Notes under the pieces: generated by a model
The model's database searches: none
Seen by the model: the letters and a program-made list of their open reading frames with translations, nothing else
What the model was told of the DNA's origin: nothing
Program-made: the position numbers and the translations under genes
Assembly: GCA_031276075.1 (NCBI GenBank)
Contig: JAISNU010000042.1
Coordinates: 1 to 55,837 of the forward strand
DNA: 55,837 nucleotides
From: Campylobacteraceae bacterium
GTDB lineage: Bacteria > Campylobacterota > Campylobacteria > Campylobacterales > Campylobacteraceae
Direction of reading: 5' to 3'
In this document: in pieces, positions 50,236-55,837 of the stretch
Position numbering within the stretch: the first letter of the stretch is position 1
Layout: each line of letters begins with the position of its first letter

Positions 50236-50534
50236 TTTTGCTCCGTTTTTATGGGATTTTGCGCGTCTTTACCGATAACTGTCGTCCATGGCAAAAGTTT
50301 ATACGAACGAATAAGCCCGCCTTTAAAATACGGGTCGTTTTTTACGAAATCTTCGGCGGTTTTAGGCTCGCTTATGCAAAATAAAAATGCCGAACCATGC
50401 GTTCCAAGTGCGCCCGCAAGTATCAATTCACCCCTGCTTTCAGCTTCTTGCGCAAGTTTTAAATGTTCGTCTCTAAACTCCGCGCGTCTTGTCATGTAGT
50501 CGTCCACTGCTTCATATATCAGTAAATAGTGCAT
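50232..50534 (-). CDS. YciI family protein
   Basis: 100 aa. Overall pattern Y.L.Y......R...R..H......G.....G....DP(Y/F). Confidence 0.7.
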   Translation of the reverse strand: MHYLLIYEAVDDYMTRRAEFRDEHLKLAQEAESRGELILAGALGTHGSAFLFCISEPKTAEDFVKNDPYFKGGLIRSYKLLPWTTVIGKDAQNPIKTEQK

Positions 50535-52115
50535 TTAAACCCCTTTATACTCTTCATAATTGCCTTTAAAGTCCGTTATCGCGCCGTTTTCTTCTATCTT
50601 GATAATGCGGTTTGCAAAAGCGTCTATAAGTTCTCTATCGTGCGTTACGCAGATAACGACGCCTTCGAATTTATACAAAGCTTCGCCCAAAGCGATAATC
50701 GCTTCCAAATCAAGATGGTTGTTAGGTTCGTCAAGAATTAGAAAATTACCTTTTTCAAGCATAATTTTTGAAAGCATCATGCGGTGTTTTTCGCCGCCGC
50801 TTATGGATTTGACGCTTTTTTTCTGCTCTTCGCCCGAAAAGAGCATGCGTCCCAAACACTTTCGTATCTCGTCCAAATCTTTTTTGTCGTCAAACTGCCC
50901 AAGCCATTCAAAAAGTTCCATATCGCCTTTGATGATATCGGTCGTATCCTGCGGGAAATAGCTTGTTTCTATAGTCGCACCCCATGATATTTTGCCCTCT
51001 TTGGGAAAAAGCTCATGCGTTAAAAGTTTGCAAAGCGTGCTTTTACCAACGCCGTTTGTGCCGATGAGAGCTATCTTATCGCCTTTTTCAACTTTAAAGC
51101 TGATATTTTTTAAGACATCTTTGCCTTCGTATGAAAAAAAGAGATTTTCTATATTTAAAACCTCATTGCCAATATCGCGTTTTTTGCGGAAAACTATGCT
51201 CGGTTCTCTGCGCGAAGAGGTCTGAATATCTGAGATATCTATCTTTTCAAGCTGTTTTTGCCTGCTTGTAGCCTGTTTTGCTTTTGAGGCATTTGCGCTA
51301 AATCGGCGTATAAAACTCTCTAAATCCTCTTTTTCTTTAAGTTTTCTTTCCCGTTCCGTTTCAAGCTGTTTTTGCATAAGCGTAGAAGCCATGTACCAAT
51401 CGTCATAATTGCCGCTAAACTCTCTTATGGTTTTAAAATCTATATCTAAAATATTTGTAACCACAGAGTTTAAAAAGTGCCTGTCATGCGATATGACAAC
51501 CATAGTGCCGTTGTGGCGGTTGAGTTCATTTTCGAGCCATGAGATGGCTTCTATGTCAAGATTGTTTGTAGGTTCGTCTAAAAATAGAATATCAGGCTTT
51601 GGAAAAAGTACCTGCGCCAACAGTACTTTAAACTTTTCGGCGCTTGTGATTTCGCGCATAAAAGCGTCGTGGACTTCAAAACCCAAATTTTCCAATATCT
51701 TTTCTATAGCCGTTTCATATTCGTAGTTTGGATCTTCCTCGGCGCATATTATTTCAAGTTCGGCTAAGCGGTTATTTATGTTCTCATCTTCAAAATCGCC
51801 GTTTTCATATAACTTCTCTTTCTCTTTTACCGCGTCATAAAGTCTTTTATTGCCGTATAATACCGCGTCTTTTATACTGAAATCTTCAAAAGCAAATTGG
51901 TTTTGTCCTAAAACGCCGACTTTTAAAGCGCTGTTTATCGCTATATTGCCGGAGTTCGGCTCTATTTCGCCTGATAAAATTTTCAAAAAAGTACTTTTAC
52001 CCGCGCCGTTTGCACCGATAAGTCCGTATCGTTTTCCACTGTCAAGTTTTAAATTTATATCCTCAAATAAAATCTGTCCCGCAAATCTCATCGTAACGCT
52101 GTTTATTTGTACCAT
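50535..52115 (-). CDS. ABC-F family ATPase (two tandem ABC domains, no TM domain)
   Basis: GANGAGKST and GTNGVGKST Walker A motifs. LSGGEKHR signature. ILFLDEPTNNLD and LILDEPNNHLD Walker B motifs. The linker is rich in K/E/R. Confidence 0.9.
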   Translation of the reverse strand: MVQINSVTMRFAGQILFEDINLKLDSGKRYGLIGANGAGKSTFLKILSGEIEPNSGNIAINSALKVGVLGQNQFAFEDFSIKDAVLYGNKRLYDAVKEKEKLYENGDFEDENINNRLAELEIICAEEDPNYEYETAIEKILENLGFEVHDAFMREITSAEKFKVLLAQVLFPKPDILFLDEPTNNLDIEAISWLENELNRHNGTMVVISHDRHFLNSVVTNILDIDFKTIREFSGNYDDWYMASTLMQKQLETERERKLKEKEDLESFIRRFSANASKAKQATSRQKQLEKIDISDIQTSSRREPSIVFRKKRDIGNEVLNIENLFFSYEGKDVLKNISFKVEKGDKIALIGTNGVGKSTLCKLLTHELFPKEGKISWGATIETSYFPQDTTDIIKGDMELFEWLGQFDDKKDLDEIRKCLGRMLFSGEEQKKSVKSISGGEKHRMMLSKIMLEKGNFLILDEPNNHLDLEAIIALGEALYKFEGVVICVTHDRELIDAFANRIIKIEENGAITDFKGNYEEYKGV

Positions 52116-52144
52116 CGTACTCCTTTAATTTTAAAAATCGTATT

Positions 52145-52474
52145 TTACCCTCTCGGAGCAAAATAGATAATAAAAACGCCGATTAAAACTATAAATATGC
52201 CGATTGCGTCATATCTGTCTGGCAAAAAACCGTCAAATTTCATGCCCCAAAGTACAGACATTAAGATAAAAATTCCGCCGTAAGCCGCGTAAACTCTTGC
52301 AAAATTTGAAGGCTGCAAAGTTGCCATAACTCCGTAAAGTGCAAGTATAATCCCGCCCAAAAGCCCGTAACTCCAATGCTTGCCGCTTCTTAGCCAAAGC
52401 CAGATAAGATATCCGCCGCCTATTTCGCAAAGTCCCGCCAAAAAGAATATGGATAATGTTTTTACAGCCAGCAT
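52145..52474 (-). CDS. ynfA: YnfA (UPF0060) family small membrane protein
   Basis: 109 aa. CEIGGGYLIWLWLR, RVYAAYGGIFI. Aligns by eye with E. coli YnfA. Confidence 0.8.
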   Translation of the reverse strand: MLAVKTLSIFFLAGLCEIGGGYLIWLWLRSGKHWSYGLLGGIILALYGVMATLQPSNFARVYAAYGGIFILMSVLWGMKFDGFLPDRYDAIGIFIVLIGVFIIYFAPRG

Positions 52475-52480
52475 AAAATT

Positions 52481-53932
52481 TTAAAACTCTTTTAAAGGTA
52501 CATAACCAATATCTTCTATAAGCGCCTGCCCTTGTTCGCTCAAAAACCAATCAATCAGTTTTTGTCCTTCATGAGAGATATTTTGCGTGCTTACGATGTA
52601 AAATTCAGCCGTGAACGGATATGCGCCGCTTTTGATATTTTCAATGTTTGGCTCTATATCCTCAATGCTTAAAAGTTTAATATTTTCGCTTTCATTCATA
52701 ACTGTTGCGTAATATCTGAACGAATATCCTATCGCGTTTTTGGCGTTTCTGTAATCTGCAACTCCTTCTATCATGCCGCCCATACTGCCGTAAAATTCCT
52801 CTTTTATCGGTTCTGTAAACGGCGTATCTTTCATGACATATTTTTGCATGGCGGTTTGAGAACCTGAATTTTCATTGCGCTGAAATGCCAATATCTTTTC
52901 ATTTTCTCCGCCAAATTCACGCCAATTTTTGATTTTGCCCGAGTAGATATCTCTGATATTTTGCACGCTTAGCGAATTTACGGGATTGTTTTTATTTACC
53001 AAAAATACAAAAGCTTCTTTGCCAATCGGCGTTAAAGTAAGTTTTACGCCTTTATCTGCGGCGTTTTGCAATTGTTCATCTGAGGGAGCGGCGGCAAATA
53101 TAAGTTCTGCTTCGCCGCCGATAAGATTTTCATAAGCATGCGGCGTTGTTGAGCAGCCAAGATAGTCATACTTGTTTTCAATCTTAGGATACAAGGCTTC
53201 GTATGCGGAGTAAAATATCGGACAAAGCGCGGTTGCGCCGTCAATTTTGGCGGCATTATATTCAAATTTTAAAGTTGGCTCGCCTCTTAAAGGAGTATAG
53301 TTTTCATATTTGCTCCACTCTGTAAAACTTTGAAGTTTGATTGTATTTAATGGTAAAAACATGGAGTTTCTGTACACACATTGAACTGCGGCGGCAAGAG
53401 CCAATATCAAAGTTACGAAGATTAAAATTTTTAAATGTTTATCAGGTTTTAACAATCCTTTTTTCCAAAGCGCCAAAGCAACTCCCGCGCCGAATCCGCC
53501 ATAAACTATGATTTGCACTATGAAGGTATATATTGGCGTACCGCTGAATGCAAAAACAAAATTGATAATTAAAAACAAAGGATTTGAAAAAAGAGCAATC
53601 AGATTAAAAATCTCGCTTGAATATTGCCACCCCGATAAAACAAAAGCTAAATTCATGCAAAAAAAGGCGTATATCGCAAGTGCGAAAATCGCAAAATATG
53701 CTGCGTAATCCATCTTATTTATGAATTTTTTACCCCAAAAATATCCAAGATATATAAAAGGCAGCAGCAAAATAACGCAGCATATAACAGTTTCGCTAAT
53801 CTCCACCCAATCGCTATCTCCGCCGATGCCGATACTCAATATAAGCATATACAATAACCCTGTTGCATGTGCGAGCAGCGGAATGCATAAAAACAGAGCC
53901 ATATAAACGCTTGTAAATATTTTTTTTAGCAT
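52481..53932 (-). CDS. Polytopic membrane domain fused to a PstS/PBP-like-2 substrate-binding domain
   Basis: The first 190 aa or so contain 5-6 hydrophobic helices. The C-terminal domain has NIRDIYSGKIKNWREFGG, ENSGSQTAMQ and AIGYSFRYY, typical of PstS-family binding proteins. Confidence 0.7.
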   Translation of the reverse strand: MLKKIFTSVYMALFLCIPLLAHATGLLYMLILSIGIGGDSDWVEISETVICCVILLLPFIYLGYFWGKKFINKMDYAAYFAIFALAIYAFFCMNLAFVLSGWQYSSEIFNLIALFSNPLFLIINFVFAFSGTPIYTFIVQIIVYGGFGAGVALALWKKGLLKPDKHLKILIFVTLILALAAAVQCVYRNSMFLPLNTIKLQSFTEWSKYENYTPLRGEPTLKFEYNAAKIDGATALCPIFYSAYEALYPKIENKYDYLGCSTTPHAYENLIGGEAELIFAAAPSDEQLQNAADKGVKLTLTPIGKEAFVFLVNKNNPVNSLSVQNIRDIYSGKIKNWREFGGENEKILAFQRNENSGSQTAMQKYVMKDTPFTEPIKEEFYGSMGGMIEGVADYRNAKNAIGYSFRYYATVMNESENIKLLSIEDIEPNIENIKSGAYPFTAEFYIVSTQNISHEGQKLIDWFLSEQGQALIEDIGYVPLKEF

Positions 53933-54180
53933 AATTGTTCCTTAGCTTGCTGTAGAGGTTGTTATAATACCCAAAACCGCATTAAAAAGTCAAAAAGAAA
54001 CGACTTTTTTATTATTGCGAACAGGTCGCGGCAAAAATCTGTTTTTTCGTCATTGTGAGCCATTGGAAACGGCGCGGCAGAAATCTGGTCTTTCATAATT
54101 GTGAGCTTCAACTTTTTTTCAAGTTCAGAGTAGATATTCTTCTCTTTGTCATTGTGAGCTTGCGAAATCAGCGCGGCAAT

Positions 54181-54412
54181 CTGGAAAATAAAAAGATAAA
54201 ATAATTCATTCCTCTCCATCATTGCGAGGAATACGCAGTATGACGAAGCAATCCAGAAAACCAGCTGCTCTGCCGCTAAACCTTTTTTACTGTATATATT
54301 CCCTTTTTCGTCATTGTAAGACATGCAGTATTGTGGCGTTCCAGAAAAACACCCTTATATTCTTATACCACATAGCAAAGTTCACACACTCCTTCGTCAT
54401 TGCGAGGAGTAT
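54181..54412. repeat. Copy 1 of an approximately 232-bp direct segmental duplication inside island I
   Basis: Near-identical to 54784-55014 (offset 603 bp), with only a handful of substitutions. This is visible as the two near-identical spurious ORFs at 54222 and 54825. Confidence 0.9.
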
Positions 54413-54552
54413 GGCGACGAAGCAATCCAGAAAATAGCATAAAAACAATCCATATTCATGAACAAAAGCAGCTATTCATTTTTCTAAATGATAACCATTT
54501 CATTATTATAAAGTATGGATTGCCGCGGCACTTCGTGCCTCGCAATGACGGA
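54395..54552. mobile_element. MITE/BIME-like composite, core family 2
   Basis: Core AAAATAGCATAAAAACAATCCATATTCATGAACAAAAGCAGCTATTCATTTTTCTAAATGATAACCATTTCATTATTATAAAGTA lies between inverted arms. Confidence 0.55.
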
Positions 54553-54783
54553 GACGGGAATTTTATGAATTGCTTCATAATACTTCCAATGACAGAATTA
54601 GTGAAAAAACGGCTTTGTTTTCTTTTTTATTTTGGATTGCTTCGTCCTGCCGCACTTTGCTTGCACTCCTCGCAATGACGGAGCAATAGTTTTTTGATCT
54701 GGATTGCTTCGTTGTTGCATTTCTTGCAATGATGAAGAAAGTGTCTATTTGCATAAAATCTATTGCGAGCGAAGCGCGGTAAT

Positions 54784-55014
54784 CTGGAAAATAAAAAGAT
54801 AAAATAATTCATTCCTCTCCGTCATTGCGAGGAATACGCAGTATGACGAAGCAATCCAGAAAACCAGCTGCTCTGCCGCTAAACCTTTTTTACTGTATAT
54901 ATTCCCTTTTTCATCATTGTGGGACATGCAGTATTGTGGCGTTCCAGAAAAACACCCTTATATTCCTATACCACATAGCAAAGTTCACACACTCCTTCGT
55001 CATTGCGAGCCGTT
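54784..55014. repeat. Copy 2 of the approximately 232-bp direct segmental duplication
   Basis: See 54181-54412. Confidence 0.9.
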
Positions 55015-55167
55015 GAAGCGATAAAACAATCGCTATTATAAGTGCAATGAAATAATTCGCAACTAAAAAGCACTCTCTTTGTCATTGGAGACACGGAGCG
55101 TCGCGGCAATCCATAATTTACTATTAAAAAAATATTGCTGCAAAGAAATAAAACTTACCAAACCGTT

Positions 55168-55638
55168 TTATATGCACTCAATAGAAATTTTTGTATTATT
55201 TGGAATTTCTGATAATACATCAAGCCCTGATTCAACTTTGCCCAAATAGAGCAAACCGTCTGCGTATGGGGAATCGCGGTAAAATACCGCCAAATTGCCC
55301 CACGGCGCATAGAGTGCAATATCGCCGATATTCGGGTCGTAACCGACGACGGATTTTGCTCCTGCCAAAGTTCGCGGCGGCATGAGGATTTTTTCGGCAT
55401 TGTTGAAGTCTCTGGCGAATAAATCAAGAGGCAAAAGCGATAACAAATCCGCTGTGGTCGGATTATCCATGAGCGAAATAATAACTTCGCCGCTTTCAAA
55501 AGTCATTTTAATTTTTACAGCTGACATGGTTGCTTCTTTATTGTTGGCGTTTTGAATTTCAGCCGCGATACTAACCGCGCTTACTGTTAAAAGCAAGATA
55601 GCGGCGAGTATCCGACCGATGATTTTATTTGATTTCAT
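55168..55638 (-). CDS. Secreted cyclophilin-like-fold protein (hypothetical)
   Basis: Signal peptide. The pattern ...F.A.L.DN.T...L..LLPL......N..EK......L......GDIALYAPWGNLAVFY resembles the cyclophilin-like (DUF) family as I remember it. Confidence 0.6.
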   Translation of the reverse strand: MKSNKIIGRILAAILLLTVSAVSIAAEIQNANNKEATMSAVKIKMTFESGEVIISLMDNPTTADLLSLLPLDLFARDFNNAEKILMPPRTLAGAKSVVGYDPNIGDIALYAPWGNLAVFYRDSPYADGLLYLGKVESGLDVLSEIPNNTKISIECI

Positions 55639-55682
55639 ACTGTTTTTCGATCAACGGCTTCAATTTTTTAAATTAAACGGTT

Positions 55683-55837
55683 TCACCAATTGACCGATTT
55701 TTTATCTCCGACTTTTCCGATAACGCTCTCCTCTTCCCATACGGCAAGTCCGTTTTTAAGGTTTGTAAGCGTAAGTTGAAAATAAAATTCCACCAGTTTG
55801 TTTTTATCAATCGTTTTTGATTGCTGTATTATCTTGC
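55683..55837 (-). CDS. 3' end of an unidentified ORF running off the window
   Basis: My own translation of the minus strand gives an open frame ...KIIQQSKTIDKNKLVEFYFQLTLTNLKNGLAVWEEESVIGKVGDKKSVNW* ending near 55683. No family assigned. Confidence 0.3.
   Translation of the reverse strand, partial: KIIQQSKTIDKNKLVEFYFQLTLTNLKNGLAVWEEESVIGKVGDKKSVNW

Larger units (their letters stand above)
54010..55114. repeat. Hairpin-repeat island I (about 16 arms)
   Basis: Forward arms at 54010, 54044, about 54090, 54146, 54208, 54308 and 54395. Reverse arms at 54516, 54568, 54634 and 54698. Forward arms again at 54760, 54820, 54910, 54997 and 55078. Confidence 0.9.

Noticed and set aside
55155-55499. 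A 114-aa ORF overlapping the cyclophilin-like gene on the same strand in another frame.
   Set aside because: The alternative frame (55168..55638) has a signal peptide and a recognisable family pattern. This ORF has neither.
1-55837. Search for tRNA, rRNA, tmRNA, riboswitches, IS elements, prophage or integrase genes, toxin-antitoxin pairs, defence-system genes and long G/C homopolymer phase-variation tracts.
   Set aside because: None was recognised by eye. All ORFs of 100 aa or more outside the repeat islands are accounted for by housekeeping or the families listed. The longest G or C runs seen are 5 nt. A tRNAscan or Infernal run would be needed to exclude small RNAs formally.

Overview
This is a low-GC chromosomal window that looks like a Campylobacter-type epsilonproteobacterium. 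From memory, the gene order tgt / aroB / MscS-like / MiaB-like / FtsH-like, and lnt / yajC-secD-secF / leuS-lptE-folC / M23-bactofilin / mfd, mirrors C. jejuni and H. pylori. I call about 45 protein-coding genes, mostly housekeeping, and found no rRNA, tRNA, transposase, integrase or cas gene.

The unusual part is the non-coding DNA. Every long intergenic gap (3.7-4.7 kb, 9.2-10.6 kb, 19.5-21.4 kb, 25.0-26.4 kb, 30.3-31.1 kb, 48.2-49.5 kb, 53.9-55.2 kb) is packed with one family of 35-42 bp hairpin repeats:
- There are roughly 90 copies covering about 6 kb, around 11% of the window.
- The flanks are conserved (GTCATTGCGAG ... CG[AC][AG]GCAATCC).
- The central stem differs between copies but stays complementary.
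- Oppositely oriented copies bracket three families of conserved AT-rich cores, giving MITE-like or BIME-like composites of 135-205 bp.

Other items worth a second look:
- A degenerate orphan CRISPR-like array (30-nt repeat ending ATTGAAAT, 34-37-nt spacers) lies at 19932-20286. One repeat is replaced by a G-rich insert.
- A near-consensus sigma-54 promoter precedes an aldo/keto reductase / FAD flavoprotein / small-protein operon. This is followed by a GAF-domain sigma-54 activator with no C-terminal HTH.
- A four-gene accessory phospholipid cluster (CdsA-like, CDP-alcohol phosphatidyltransferase, alpha/beta-hydrolase::SAM-methyltransferase fusion, PlsC-like acyltransferase) is bounded on both sides by repeat islands.
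- An FtsH paralogue lacks the HEXXH zinc site.
- A PstS-like binding domain is fused to a polytopic membrane domain.

All repeat coordinates were read by eye and are accurate to about 2-3 nt.
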